A DNA stretch of 64,000 bases from an uncultured Dehalococcoidia bacterium (GCA_964558415.1 CAZLDI010000007.1:75898-139897), one strand, 5' to 3'; counted from the first letter of the stretch, positions 35,420-45,794 are shown. Notes: generated from the letters alone by a model not told the origin. A program made the numbers and translations.

Positions 35420-36322
35420 GTGGATTTCGGTCAGGTCGAAGCGTTCGTGCAGGTTGCGGCGCACAAGTCGTTCAGCCGTGCGGCGGAGGTGCTTCAACTA
35501 ACACAGCCATCGATTACCGCGCGTATCCAGACCCTCGAACGAGATCTCGGCGAGGAGTTGTTCGAGCGAGGCGGCCGCGGCGTGCGGCTGACGGACGCCG
35601 GGCTGGCGTTCCTGCCGTTCAGCGACCGGCTGCTCCAGACGCTGCAGGAAGGGCGCGACGCCGTCGACGAGGTGCGGAACGTACAGGCGGGGTCCTTGCG
35701 GCTGGGATCGGCTCCTACGATCTCGACGTACGTGCTGCCGAGCATCCTGCATCGCTTCCGCCAGAGTTACCAGGGCGTTGATGTGGTGATCCGCACCGGG
35801 CGGTCCGAGCAGGTGCTTGCCATGCTACTGGCGGACGAAGTACAGGTCGGGCTTGTACGCTCGCTGACGCACCCCGATGTAGAGAACATCCATCTGTACG
35901 ACGATGAGATCGTGCTCGTGGCCTATCCAAAGCACCGGTTCGCCGAAGACGCTCGAACGACGATCGGGGAGGCGGCGACAGAGCCTATCGTCCTCTTCGA
36001 TCGAGGGTCCTCATACTACGGCCTCATCAACAACTTCTTCCGCCAGGCAGAGGTGATACCAAACGTCGCGATGGAGTTGGATTCGCTCGAGGCGACGAAG
36101 CGTATGGTGGAGGAGGGGCTGGGGATCGCGCTGGTGCCGCTGGTGACGATCGAACGCGAGCTGGATGCCGGCACGCTGGTGCGCATCGACCTGGTGGACG
36201 CGGAACCGATCCAGCGGCCGATCTCGCTAATCCACCGCAGGCACAGGAAGCGGCCACGGACTGTGGAGGCGTACATCGATGCGGTGGTTGAGATGTACAA
36301 CGTGAGTGTGGCCGCAAAGTAG
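35420..36322 (+). CDS. LysR-family transcriptional regulator
   Basis: HTH near the N-terminus (FSRAAEVLQLTQPSITARIQTLE), followed by a substrate-binding domain. Confidence 0.9.
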   Translation: MDFGQVEAFVQVAAHKSFSRAAEVLQLTQPSITARIQTLERDLGEELFERGGRGVRLTDAGLAFLPFSDRLLQTLQEGRDAVDEVRNVQAGSLRLGSAPTISTYVLPSILHRFRQSYQGVDVVIRTGRSEQVLAMLLADEVQVGLVRSLTHPDVENIHLYDDEIVLVAYPKHRFAEDARTTIGEAATEPIVLFDRGSSYYGLINNFFRQAEVIPNVAMELDSLEATKRMVEEGLGIALVPLVTIERELDAGTLVRIDLVDAEPIQRPISLIHRRHRKRPRTVEAYIDAVVEMYNVSVAAK

Positions 36323-36427
36323 CGCCAACGCCAGGGCGATTTTACAGCCACGATGGATGCTGAATTTTATCTAAAGCGGGGGTGAAGCACCTGTAGTCAG
36401 GCGAAGGAGTTCCTTTCGCTATATGGC

Positions 36428-36703
36428 GTGATGGTGCGGGAGCGGGACTTCTTCCAAGAGCCACTGAACGAGGCGGAGCTGCGCGAGCTGCTGGGCGCGA
36501 CGCCGCCGGCGGAAGCCTTCGCGTGGCGGAGCCCGCGGGCGAAGGAGATGGGGCTGGATCCAGCCAATCCCCCGGCGGACGGGGAGCTGGTGCGGATGAT
36601 GCTGGAGGTGCCGTATCTGTTGCGGCGTCCGGTGATTCGGATCGAGAGAGAGACGGTGTTCGGGTTCGACCGAGAGCGACTGGAGGGGCTGCTGCGGCGT
36701 TAG
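36428..36703 (+). pseudogene. ArsC/Spx/YffB-family protein lacking the N-terminal catalytic-Cys region (truncated gene or remnant)
   Basis: The 91-aa ORF aligns only to the C-terminal ~80 aa of ArsC-family proteins. There is no CxxS/C N-terminal segment. It is preceded by an unusual AT-rich stretch (AATTTTATCTAAAGC). Confidence 0.45.
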
Positions 36704-36739
36704 GGGGCTTCGCCGGCGGTCCTAGACTCGGCTGCGACC

Positions 36740-37591
36740 CTACGAAGCGACCTCGCTCCGAATCTCCTTGAGGATTTGGACGTTGGCAGCATCCGGCCCT
36801 TCGTTGTCGAAGCCGGGGACTTCGAGTAGGAAAGGGACCTCGGCGAATGCGGGGTGGGAGAGGAGGTTCGCGAAGCCGTCGCGACCGATGTGGCCGTCGC
36901 CGATGTTCTCGTGGCGGTCGATGCCGCCAGCGAGCGGACACTTCGAGTCGTTGGCGTGGACGGCGACGAGGCGCTCGAGGCCGATCTCGCGGTCGAACTC
37001 GTCCATCGCGGAGTCGAGGCCCGGACGGGTCTTCACGTCATAACCAGCGGCGAACGAGTGCTGCGTATCCAGGCAGACTTTGACGCGAGGCGAGCCAGCC
37101 TCGCGAGCGATCTTGCCGAGCTCGGAGAACCGGGAGCCGATCGCGCCGCCCATGCCGGCGCTGTTCTCAAGGATGAGCCAGGTGTCTTCCGGCGTTGCGT
37201 CGATCACGCGCCGGACGTAGCCGGTGACCTGGGCGACCCGAGCGTCGTAACCGGCGCCCTTGTGCGAGCCGAGGTGGAAGATGACGCCCTTCGCGCCGAG
37301 CAGAGAGGCGGCCTTCATCTCCGCGACGAGCGCGTCGTACGACTTCGCGAGCAAGTCGGGCTTATCGGAGGCTAAGTTCACCAAGTAGAGGCCGTGGATG
37401 AAGGCGGGCTCGATGGCGGTCTCGGCGACCTTAGCCCGATAGGCGGTGAGTTCGTCATTGCCGAAGGTCTTCCGGCGCCAGGCCTGGGGGGCGCCGCAGA
37501 AGATCTGGACGGCTTCAGCGCCCATCTCGGCCGCGCGCTCGATGCCCTTGTCGACGCCGCCGGAGGTCTTGACGTGCGCACCAATTTTCAT
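36740..37591 (-). CDS. nfo: endonuclease IV (AP endonuclease family 2)
   Basis: MKIGAHV...HAPYLVNL-type motifs, with metal-binding His/Asp/Glu residues throughout. Confidence 0.92.
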   Translation of the reverse strand: MKIGAHVKTSGGVDKGIERAAEMGAEAVQIFCGAPQAWRRKTFGNDELTAYRAKVAETAIEPAFIHGLYLVNLASDKPDLLAKSYDALVAEMKAASLLGAKGVIFHLGSHKGAGYDARVAQVTGYVRRVIDATPEDTWLILENSAGMGGAIGSRFSELGKIAREAGSPRVKVCLDTQHSFAAGYDVKTRPGLDSAMDEFDREIGLERLVAVHANDSKCPLAGGIDRHENIGDGHIGRDGFANLLSHPAFAEVPFLLEVPGFDNEGPDAANVQILKEIRSEVAS

Positions 37592-37694
37592 GGGGGGAGT
37601 ATATCAGTGAGGCAGATTTCAGCGCCCCGCTCGTCCTTCGAGAGCCTCCCTCCTGAGGCAGGCAGGCAGGATGGGCGCCTGTACGGTCATCGGC

Positions 37695-39158
37695 CTATAG
37701 ACGCTCCGCCGCCGCCCGTAGGTCCGAGCGAAAGTCGGGATGGGCGATTGCGATCAGCTCCGCGGCACGCTGGCGGTGATTCTTCCCCCAGAGGCGGGCG
37801 ATGCCGTATTCCGTGACGATGGTGTCTGCAAAGAAGCGAGGGACCGTGATGATGGAACCGGCATCATGATGGGCAACTATGCGAGAGACCGCGCCAGCAA
37901 GGGCCGTAGAAGGCAGAAGGGTAATGGCGCGACCGCCCTTGGACATCGCAGCACCGATCTGGAACTCCGGCTGCCCACCCGACCCGTTGATCATGCGAGG
38001 CCCGAATACGCTCTCAGAGTTGATCTGGCCGATGAGATCGATCGAGAGAGAGTTGTTCATCGCGTAGAAGTTTTCGTTTTGAGAGATTGTGCGAAGGTCC
38101 AAGACGTAGTCGGTGTCACGGACCTCAAATTTCGGGTTGTTGGTGACTATTTTGAGGTCTTCGCTGTCAGAGCCGGACCACGCCGCGGCGATCGCCTTAC
38201 CGGGATGAAGGGTCTTTCTCAGGCCATTGATGACGCCGGCTTCGACAAGCCTGGGAATGCCGGGGGCGACCATCTCCGAGTGCAAGCCAAGGTCTTGCTT
38301 GTTGTCGAAGGCACCGGTACGGGCGAGGTACATGCTGGGCTCCCCCGCGCCAATCTGGATCGTCGCGCCGTCCGGCACCAGACCCCCAACGTAACCGCAG
38401 ATCGTCTTCGCGACATCGGGCGGCTCCGCGAGGCCCAGCAGGCGGCGCACCTGTTCCGGGGGCAGGCGGGTCATGATGGGCCCAACGACGATCAGGCGGT
38501 CCATGTCTTCACCAAGCTCATCGATGATGCCGAGGTATGCGGCGCGCGCATCTTCATCCTCGACGCGGCGCAGCCAGGCCTCGACGAGGCCGCGCGTGAT
38601 CTGCACGGGCGGAACCTCTACGAAGGCGGTGACCTCGGAAACGTGGACGCGGTTGTCGCCGCAGACGGGCCGCAGGCCGGCGTCTACCTCAGCGATGACT
38701 GTGCGCGAGCGGCGGGTATAGGAGCGCTTGTTCCAGTTGTGCGCTCCGAACGCCACGTATCCGCCGTCGTCAGGCGGCGTGACGGAGACCAGGAAAACGT
38801 CGACCGCGCGCCGTTCCGTTCTCTCTTCCTCAGTCTCTTTGCCGGCGAGAGAGAAGAGGTTCGGGAGGTAGGTGGCGCGACCTTCGTCGACGGCGTGGCG
38901 GGCGAAGTCGCCGATGAAAAGCTCGAATTCTACGCGAAAGGTCTGCTCGTGGCCGGGCTGGAACCAGCCGGGATCAGCCAGCGGTGTGGTTACGCGGAGG
39001 TCGATCGAGACGCCGTTTCCGGTGCAGTGGCGGAAGAGCGCGCCGGGCAGAACGCGCGGCCCGGCGAGGGGGATCACCACCAGATCGCCCGCTTTCACGA
39101 GCTTCATGGCGTCCTCAGCCGGGGCGAGGCGCCTGTTGTATTCTTCGCGCCAGTCCAT
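37695..39158 (-). CDS. acetyl-CoA hydrolase/transferase family protein (4-hydroxybutyrate/succinyl-CoA:acetate CoA-transferase-like)
   Basis: 487 aa with AcetylCoA_hydro N- and C-terminal domains. Confidence 0.8.
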   Translation of the reverse strand: MDWREEYNRRLAPAEDAMKLVKAGDLVVIPLAGPRVLPGALFRHCTGNGVSIDLRVTTPLADPGWFQPGHEQTFRVEFELFIGDFARHAVDEGRATYLPNLFSLAGKETEEERTERRAVDVFLVSVTPPDDGGYVAFGAHNWNKRSYTRRSRTVIAEVDAGLRPVCGDNRVHVSEVTAFVEVPPVQITRGLVEAWLRRVEDEDARAAYLGIIDELGEDMDRLIVVGPIMTRLPPEQVRRLLGLAEPPDVAKTICGYVGGLVPDGATIQIGAGEPSMYLARTGAFDNKQDLGLHSEMVAPGIPRLVEAGVINGLRKTLHPGKAIAAAWSGSDSEDLKIVTNNPKFEVRDTDYVLDLRTISQNENFYAMNNSLSIDLIGQINSESVFGPRMINGSGGQPEFQIGAAMSKGGRAITLLPSTALAGAVSRIVAHHDAGSIITVPRFFADTIVTEYGIARLWGKNHRQRAAELIAIAHPDFRSDLRAAAERL

Positions 39159-39311
39159 GGGGGGCTTCTCCTTCCGGATTGCGTCCCATTATCGCGAGGG
39201 ATGCCACGTGTGCCAAGACGCATGAAGAAGCGCCAGCCCGAGGACCTCCAGGGTCTTGGGGGACGCAGAGCCGCGCAACAGCGTGGACTCGTATACGTCT
39301 ACAGAGATAAA

Positions 39312-39755
39312 ATGACACACGCAGCGACCGAACCAGGAGCCCTAGTGCCAGATAAACTCCACCAGGAGATCGACGAGCTTCTTGCGAGCCTCGACACGTT
39401 CCCGAAGAAGAAGGCGGCCTGGCGTCGGGCGGTGTCCGCGACCGGTGCCTTCTTCCTCGACGTGGGCGATATGGTCAGTTCTATCCCATTGCCCCGGCTC
39501 TCGGCCGGGCACATCTTGCTCATCGCGATTCTGGTCATCGTCCTGTTCTACCTGGCCGGGCCGGACGGTGGTATTACGCGCTGGGTGATCGCGGGAGCGA
39601 TTCTGGTGTTCATAGCCGCGTTCGCGTGGTCGCTGCGGAGGAACTCGCCGGGCGGACGGTCGCAGCGGAAGTACTGGCGCGACAAGCCGATTGACCTGCG
39701 TCCCGGGCAAGACGGCGGGCTGCGATCGTGGTGGAACCGCCGGGGCCGGCGCTAA
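39312..39755 (+). CDS. small membrane protein (DUF3040-like)
   Basis: N-terminal helix-rich region, then 2 TM helices and an R/W-rich tail. Confidence 0.45.
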   Translation: MTHAATEPGALVPDKLHQEIDELLASLDTFPKKKAAWRRAVSATGAFFLDVGDMVSSIPLPRLSAGHILLIAILVIVLFYLAGPDGGITRWVIAGAILVFIAAFAWSLRRNSPGGRSQRKYWRDKPIDLRPGQDGGLRSWWNRRGRR

Positions 39756-39759
39756 TCGT

Positions 39760-41088
39760 TTGACAAACCGTCGCAGGCAGATCCTAGCCGGCGTGGCAGG
39801 TTTTGCGCTACTGATACCGCTTGGGTCCTGCGGTGATGCTGGCCATGAGCCACAGGCGACGGAGTCTCCCTCCCAAAGTCCCTCATCGTCTGCAAGCGAT
39901 GCCCCGAAGCCAACGCCCGGCCTGGGCGCGCCAGAGTTCGACGCCGCGGCCGCGGTTGAACATGCGCGGATGCTTTCGGTGGAGATCGGCGTGCGCGCGG
40001 CTGGCAGTGAGGGCGAGCGGCAGGGTGCGGAGTACATCCGGGACGAGCTGGCGAGCTACGGCTACGTGACAGCTATGCAGCCGTTCCCGTTCGATACTTT
40101 CGTGGACCACAGCACGTTGGATATGGTGTCGCCACAGGTGCAGACGCTCGCCGTCGCCGCGATGTCAAGCAGCATCGAAGGGGCTGTAGAGGCGGACGTG
40201 GCGTACGCGGGGCTGGGAGCGGAGAGCGATTACCCGGCCCGCATCGACGGCAAGATCGCGCTGGTGAAGCGAGGGGTGCTGTTCTTCAGCCAGAAGGTGG
40301 CGAACGCGTTCAACGCAGGCGCCGTGGCGGTGGTGGTGTACAACAACGAGCCGGGCATCTTCGGCGGACAATTGAGCGAGCAGAGCGCCATCCCGACGGC
40401 AAGCATCTCCAGGGAGGATGGAGAGATGCTCCGCGACCTTATCGAAAACGCCGCCAACCCGCAACCGGTAAGGCTGCGCCTGAACCTGGACCAGGAGACG
40501 GTGAAGTCGCAATCGCAGAACGTCACGGCCTATCCCCCGGATCACACGTGCCGGATCGTGGTCGGGGCGCATTATGACTCGGTGTCAGCCGGGCCGGGGG
40601 CGAACGACAACGCCTCGGGCACCAGCGTGGCGATTGAGATCGCGCGGGCGCTGGCGGCGGACGGCGGCTTTGACGACGTGTGCTTCGCGCTTTTCGGGGC
40701 CGAGGAGGCGGGCCTGCTGGGCAGCCGCTGGTACGTGGAGCAGTTGACGGAGCCGGAGAAGTTGATCATCGAGGCGATGCTGAACTTCGACATGCTGGCC
40801 GTGGGCGATGAATGGCCGCTGGTGGGCTCTGACGCGATCAAGGACATCGCAATGGAAGCGGCGGAGAAGCTGGGGTTAGACTACAGCCTGATGAGCGCGC
40901 TGCCTGATGGTGCGGGGAGCGATCACGCGCCGTTCATCCAGGCGGGTATCCCGGCGATCCTGTTCAACTGCTTCTGCGACGAGCACTACCACACGAAGGA
41001 CGACAGCTTCGAGTTCCTTAAGGAGGAGCGTCTGCGCGAGGCCGGCGCGCTGGGGATGCAGGTCATAGGCCGTATCCTCGCCGGATAG
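39760..41088 (+). CDS. M28-family aminopeptidase with a PA domain; lipoprotein with an RRR-containing (Tat-like) signal
   Basis: TTG start proposed. Signal TNRRRQILAGVAGFALLIPLGSC. M28 motifs HYDSV, NDNASG, EEAGLLGS. Confidence 0.75.
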   Translation: MTNRRRQILAGVAGFALLIPLGSCGDAGHEPQATESPSQSPSSSASDAPKPTPGLGAPEFDAAAAVEHARMLSVEIGVRAAGSEGERQGAEYIRDELASYGYVTAMQPFPFDTFVDHSTLDMVSPQVQTLAVAAMSSSIEGAVEADVAYAGLGAESDYPARIDGKIALVKRGVLFFSQKVANAFNAGAVAVVVYNNEPGIFGGQLSEQSAIPTASISREDGEMLRDLIENAANPQPVRLRLNLDQETVKSQSQNVTAYPPDHTCRIVVGAHYDSVSAGPGANDNASGTSVAIEIARALAADGGFDDVCFALFGAEEAGLLGSRWYVEQLTEPEKLIIEAMLNFDMLAVGDEWPLVGSDAIKDIAMEAAEKLGLDYSLMSALPDGAGSDHAPFIQAGIPAILFNCFCDEHYHTKDDSFEFLKEERLREAGALGMQVIGRILAG

Positions 41089-41133
41089 TTGCCCACGGCT
41101 CCGGCATACGTTAGTATGCCCGCGAAGGAGACG

Positions 41134-41550
41134 ATGACGCCCCCCAAGATTCTGACTCCGTTGCTCCTGGCACTCGTCGCGCTGCCTGGCCTTGTGGCGG
41201 CGTGCGGCGGTGGTGAAGACGACTCCAGTTTCCGCCCCGGCGCGCTCACGGACCCCGGCGACGTGCCAACCGCGACGCCGTGGGAGGAGGCTCCTGAGAT
41301 CATCATCATCGATCCTAACGCCATCATCCCCGTCGGGCCGGAGGCGACGCCGGTGCCGACGACACCCGGCGGCGAGCCGGGCGAATGCGGCCCGAAGTAC
41401 ACAGTCGCGTCCGGCGACAACTTCTCGTCGATCGCGGAGAAGTGCGGCGTCACCACGCAAGGCATCGTGGACGCGAACCCGGGTGTGGACCCGCGTACGC
41501 TGCACATCGGGGACGTGATCAATATTCCCCAGAGCATGACCAGCCAGTAG
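41134..41550 (+). CDS. LysM-domain lipoprotein
   Basis: Lipobox LVAAC. C-terminal LysM (YTVASGDNFSSIAEKCGVTTQGIVDANPGV). Confidence 0.75.
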   Translation: MTPPKILTPLLLALVALPGLVAACGGGEDDSSFRPGALTDPGDVPTATPWEEAPEIIIIDPNAIIPVGPEATPVPTTPGGEPGECGPKYTVASGDNFSSIAEKCGVTTQGIVDANPGVDPRTLHIGDVINIPQSMTSQ

Positions 41551-41579
41551 GCGACCCACGACCAGTAGGCGACCCACGA
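41544..41579 (+). repeat. 18-bp tandem duplication spanning the LysM gene stop codon (CCAGTAGGCGACCCACGA x2)
   Basis: Read directly from the sequence. Confidence 0.8.
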
Positions 41580-41662
41580 CCGCGGTTGCCCGCGATTCGT
41601 GCGCTATGCTAACATCGGCGCGCGGCGGCTCCGGCAATCGAAGTCGCCTATAGCTCAGACGT

Positions 41663-43228
41663 ATGGCTATCGAAGACAAGAAGGCTACCGACCGTTTGGC
41701 GGAGCTTGCTCGCGTCAAGGAGCAAGGTCGCCTAGGCGGCGGCGCGGAGCGCATCGAGGCGCAGCACGGGCGCGGCAAGCTGACGGCGCGTGAGCGGCTG
41801 AACATCCTGCTGGACGAGGGGAGCTTCGACGAGTTCGACGCCCTGGCAACCCACCGATCGACCGAGTTCGGGCTGGATAAGCAGAAGGTTCACGGGGACG
41901 CAGTGGTGACGGGCTACGGCAAGATCGAAGGGCGGCCGGTGTACGTCTATTCGCAGGACTTTACGGTGCTCGGGGGGTCACTTTCGGAGGTGGCGGGGGA
42001 GAAGGTCTGCAAGGTGATGGACCTAGCGCTGCGCAATGGCGCGCCGGTGATAGGGGTGAACGACGGCGGTGGGGCCCGCATCCAGGAGGGCGTGGTCTCG
42101 CTGAAGGGATACGGGGAGATCTTCACGCGGAACGTGATCGCCTCGGGAGTCGTACCGCAGATATCGGTGATCATGGGCCCGTCGGCGGGCGGGGCGGTGT
42201 ATTCGCCGGCGATAACGGACTTCATCTTCATGAAGCAGGGCAGCGGCCAGATGTACATCACCGGTCCGGACGTAGTGCGCGCGGTGACTCAAGAAGACGT
42301 GACGCATGAGGAGCTGGGTGGAGCGCAGGTGCACAGCAGCCGCACGGGTGTCGCGCATTTCAGCGTGGAAGGCGAAGAAGAGTGCCTGCAGGAAGTGCGG
42401 CGCCTGATATCGTTCCTGCCGCTGAACAACATGGAGGACCCGCCGTACCAGGAGCCCGCGGACCTGCCCGACCGCCTTTGTAACGAGATGGCGAAGCTGG
42501 TACCGGAGGACTCGAGTAAGCCGTACGACGTCCACACGGTGATCGAGGCGATCCTGGACGACGGCGACTTCATGGAGGTGCACGCGGCATGGGCGCGCAG
42601 TATCACCGTCGGTCTCGGTCGGATGAACGGGCGAGTAGTGGGGATAGTGGCAAACAACCCGATGAGCATGGCGGGCGTGCTGGACGTGGACTCGTCGCGC
42701 AAGGGGGCGCGCTTCGTGCGCTTCTGTGATGCGTTCAACATCCCTATCGTGACGCTGGTGGACGTGCCCGGCTATTTGCCCGGGACGGCCCAGGAGTACG
42801 GCGGCATTATCGTGCACGGGGCGAAGCTGCTGTACGCGTACGCGGAGGCGACGGTGCCCAAGGTGACGGTGATCCTGCGCAAGGACTACGGCGGGGCGTA
42901 CCTGGTGATGGGATCGAAGCACCTGCGCGCGGACGTCAATTACGCCTGGCCCGGCGCGGAGATCGCGGTGACGGGGCCGGACGCGGCGGCGAACATCATC
43001 TTTCGGCGCGAGATTGAGGCGGCGCAGGACCCGGACGCGCGCCGGAAGGAGCTGATCGAGGACTACCGGCGGAACTTCGCGAACCCGTACATCGCGGCAT
43101 CGCGGGGGTTCATCGATGACGTGATAGACCCAAAGGAGACGCGGATCAAGGTGATCCGGGCGCTGGAGATGCTGCAGAACAAGACGGACAGCAACCCGCC
43201 GAAGAAGCACGGGAACATCCCGTTGTAG
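41663..43228 (+). CDS. acyl-CoA carboxylase carboxyltransferase (12S/beta) subunit
   Basis: PccB/AccD5-like, 521 aa. Confidence 0.9.
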   Translation: MAIEDKKATDRLAELARVKEQGRLGGGAERIEAQHGRGKLTARERLNILLDEGSFDEFDALATHRSTEFGLDKQKVHGDAVVTGYGKIEGRPVYVYSQDFTVLGGSLSEVAGEKVCKVMDLALRNGAPVIGVNDGGGARIQEGVVSLKGYGEIFTRNVIASGVVPQISVIMGPSAGGAVYSPAITDFIFMKQGSGQMYITGPDVVRAVTQEDVTHEELGGAQVHSSRTGVAHFSVEGEEECLQEVRRLISFLPLNNMEDPPYQEPADLPDRLCNEMAKLVPEDSSKPYDVHTVIEAILDDGDFMEVHAAWARSITVGLGRMNGRVVGIVANNPMSMAGVLDVDSSRKGARFVRFCDAFNIPIVTLVDVPGYLPGTAQEYGGIIVHGAKLLYAYAEATVPKVTVILRKDYGGAYLVMGSKHLRADVNYAWPGAEIAVTGPDAAANIIFRREIEAAQDPDARRKELIEDYRRNFANPYIAASRGFIDDVIDPKETRIKVIRALEMLQNKTDSNPPKKHGNIPL

Positions 43229-43246
43229 GCCTAGATTCCGAGGCAT

Positions 43247-43723
43247 ATGTTGGGTGGCCGAATCGAAGTAGAGGCGGTCATTGCCGCCCCTTTAAGGGAA
43301 GTCTGGGCGACGTGGACAAACCTTGAGAGCCTTCCGGAGTGGATGCCCGCAGTGGTGTCTGTGCGTCGCGTGGGCGAACAGACAGAAGGAGTTGGTGCGG
43401 AGATTGAGTTCACGGCGCGGAACGCGTGGCGCACGGTAACGTACCGGATGCGCATCACGCACTGGGATGAGGCAAAGCTGGTGCGACAGGAGATAGTGCC
43501 CGGTTCCGGCAAAGGCCTCTGGGCCGGACTTCTGGACCAACAGTCAACCGAATGGACATTCGCCCCTGAGAACGGCAACACGAGGATAGCCGCGACGCAG
43601 AATATGAAGCTGAAGGGGCTGGCCGACATCCTGAGCCAACCATGGCTTTTGATATTTGACCGGCAGCTGTACCGGCGGGCGTTTCGCAGGCTGGCGGAAC
43701 TCGTCGCGGGCGAAGCCCCGTAG
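43247..43723 (+). CDS. SRPBCC-family protein
   Basis: Polyketide_cyc2-like; WTNLESLPEWMP. Confidence 0.65.
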   Translation: MLGGRIEVEAVIAAPLREVWATWTNLESLPEWMPAVVSVRRVGEQTEGVGAEIEFTARNAWRTVTYRMRITHWDEAKLVRQEIVPGSGKGLWAGLLDQQSTEWTFAPENGNTRIAATQNMKLKGLADILSQPWLLIFDRQLYRRAFRRLAELVAGEAP

Positions 43724-43736
43724 TGAAGGATCACCA

Positions 43737-45215
43737 ATGGGCTTAAAGATCACCGACACCACTATGCGCGACGGGCATCAGTCGCTGCTGGCCACGCGCA
43801 TGCGGACGGAGGACATGCTGCCGATCGCGGCGGAGATGGACGAGGCGGGGTTCCACAGTGTGGAGATCTGGGGAGGCGCGACGTTCGATACGGCGCTGCG
43901 CTTCCTGCGCGAGGACCCGTGGGACCGCCTGCGGGAGCTAAAGAAGCGGTTCAGGAAGACGCCGACGCAGATGCTGCTACGCGGACAGAACGTCCTCGGA
44001 TACCGTCATTACGCGGACGACGTCGTCGAGAAGTTCTGCCAGCTCGCGGTCAAGAACGGGATGGACATCTTCCGCATCTTCGACGCTCTAAACGACCTGC
44101 GGAACCTGGAGACGGCGATCAAGGCGGTGAAGAAGGCGGGCGGGCACGTGCAGGGGACGATCTGCTACACGATCAGCCCGGTGCACACGCCAGAGATGTT
44201 CGCCAAGCAGGCGAAGGAGCTTGAGGAGATGGGGAGCGACTCCATCTGCATCAAGGACATGGCCGGGCTGCTGCATCCGTACGACGCGTTCCAGATCGTG
44301 AGCAGCATCAAGAAGATCGTGAAGGTCCCGATCCAGATGCACTGTCACTGCACGAGCGGCATGGCGGAGATGACGTACGTGAAGGCCGTCGAGGCCGGCC
44401 TGGACGTCATCGACTGCGCGCTCTCGACGCTCTCGCAAGGTACGTCGCAGCCGCCGGCGGAGTCGCTGGTCGCGACATTCGAGGGGACGAAGGATGACAC
44501 GAAGATGGACCTGGAGCAGCTAACGCACCTGGCGGACTACTTCGGGGAGGTGCGAAAGAAGTACGCGGCGTTCGAGGGGAACGTCAAGGTGGACGCCGGA
44601 GTGCTGCTGCACCAGGTGCCGGGAGGGATGATCTCGAACCTGGTCTCGCAGCTACGAGAGCAGGGGGCGCTGGACAAGCTGAAGGACGTGCTGGAGGAGA
44701 TACCGCGGGTGCGGGCGGACATGGGCTACCCGCCACTGGTTACGCCGACGAGCCAGATCGTGGGCACGCAGGCGGTGCTCAACGCGATCTACGGGCAGCG
44801 GTACAAGCAGGTGAGCAAAGAGACGAAGGCAGTCGTCCTCGGTCAGTACGGCGAGACACCCGCGCCGATCGGCGCAGACATCCTGAGGACGGTGGGAGGT
44901 GGCGAAAAGCCGATCAAGGGCCGGCCGGCAGACGTATTGGCGCCAGAGTTAGCGAAGGCAGCGAAGGAAGTGGGGAGTTTGGCGCATTCAGACGAGGACG
45001 TGATGTCCTATGTCCTTTTCCCGCAGGTGGCGCGCGAGTTCCTGGAGTGGCGCGAGCAGGGAGCGGGGCTGGAGCCGGACCTGGTGGCGGCGATCGCGGC
45101 GGCGCTGGCGAGCGACCACCAGCAGACGGCCGCGACGGCGCCCAGCGTGGCCGCTTCTCATGACCACAACGCGTGGAAGATGGCGGGTCGCAGCCGGCTG
45201 ATGCGAGGACGGTGA
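43737..45215 (+). CDS. carboxyltransferase 5S subunit (pyruvate carboxylase subunit B / oxaloacetate decarboxylase alpha-like, HMGL-like TIM barrel), without a fused biotinyl domain
   Basis: MGLKITDTTMRDGHQS, followed by a PYC_OADA-like domain. Confidence 0.85.
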   Translation: MGLKITDTTMRDGHQSLLATRMRTEDMLPIAAEMDEAGFHSVEIWGGATFDTALRFLREDPWDRLRELKKRFRKTPTQMLLRGQNVLGYRHYADDVVEKFCQLAVKNGMDIFRIFDALNDLRNLETAIKAVKKAGGHVQGTICYTISPVHTPEMFAKQAKELEEMGSDSICIKDMAGLLHPYDAFQIVSSIKKIVKVPIQMHCHCTSGMAEMTYVKAVEAGLDVIDCALSTLSQGTSQPPAESLVATFEGTKDDTKMDLEQLTHLADYFGEVRKKYAAFEGNVKVDAGVLLHQVPGGMISNLVSQLREQGALDKLKDVLEEIPRVRADMGYPPLVTPTSQIVGTQAVLNAIYGQRYKQVSKETKAVVLGQYGETPAPIGADILRTVGGGEKPIKGRPADVLAPELAKAAKEVGSLAHSDEDVMSYVLFPQVAREFLEWREQGAGLEPDLVAAIAAALASDHQQTAATAPSVAASHDHNAWKMAGRSRLMRGR

Positions 45216-45281
45216 TGGCAATCGGCAATGGGAAGGCGGCGATCGGGTCCTGCGGGCGCTCGGCGGTGAGAGTTTAGACGA

Positions 45282-45794
45282 ATGAGGCTGGTCATCCAGG
45301 GACAAGAGTTCGAAGTCCAGCCATCTCAGGATAGCGTGAGCGTCGGCGACGTGGCCTATGCGGTGCGCATTGTGCGCAGCGGGAACATCGCTACGGTCTA
45401 CGTCAACGAGAAGCCGTTCGCGGTGCAGCTGCCCGCCTCCAGCGCAGGCGGCCCGGACGAGGGGACGGTGAGGCTGCTCGTCGACGCGAAGGAGTACGAG
45501 ATTGAGGTGCAAGGCCGCGCGGCAGCCGTGCGTCCGCGACCGAAGGCGGCGAAGAAGCCGGCAGCCGCGGCCGGAGCGGTGACGGCGCAGATGACGGGCC
45601 GGGTGATCCGGGTGGACGTGAAGCCGGGCGACCAGGTGGCGGAAGGTCTGGTGCTGCTGATCGTTGAGGCGATGAAGATGGAGAACGAGATCACTGCGCC
45701 GATGGCGGGGACGGTGAAGGAGGTGGCGGTGAACGCGGGGGCGCGGGTGTCCGAGGGGGATCTGTTGGTGCGGATTGAGGCAGCAGGGGAGTAG
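45282..45794 (+). CDS. biotin carboxyl carrier protein (1.3S-type biotinyl subunit)
   Basis: EAMKMENEI biotinylation motif. A/P/K-rich linker. Confidence 0.85.
   Translation: MRLVIQGQEFEVQPSQDSVSVGDVAYAVRIVRSGNIATVYVNEKPFAVQLPASSAGGPDEGTVRLLVDAKEYEIEVQGRAAAVRPRPKAAKKPAAAAGAVTAQMTGRVIRVDVKPGDQVAEGLVLLIVEAMKMENEITAPMAGTVKEVAVNAGARVSEGDLLVRIEAAGE

Noticed and set aside
41551-41640. Possible additional degenerate REP copy after the LysM gene (GCGATTCGTGCGCTATGCTAACA)
   Set aside because: Only weak similarity to the REP termini and no recognisable middle segment, so it is not called.
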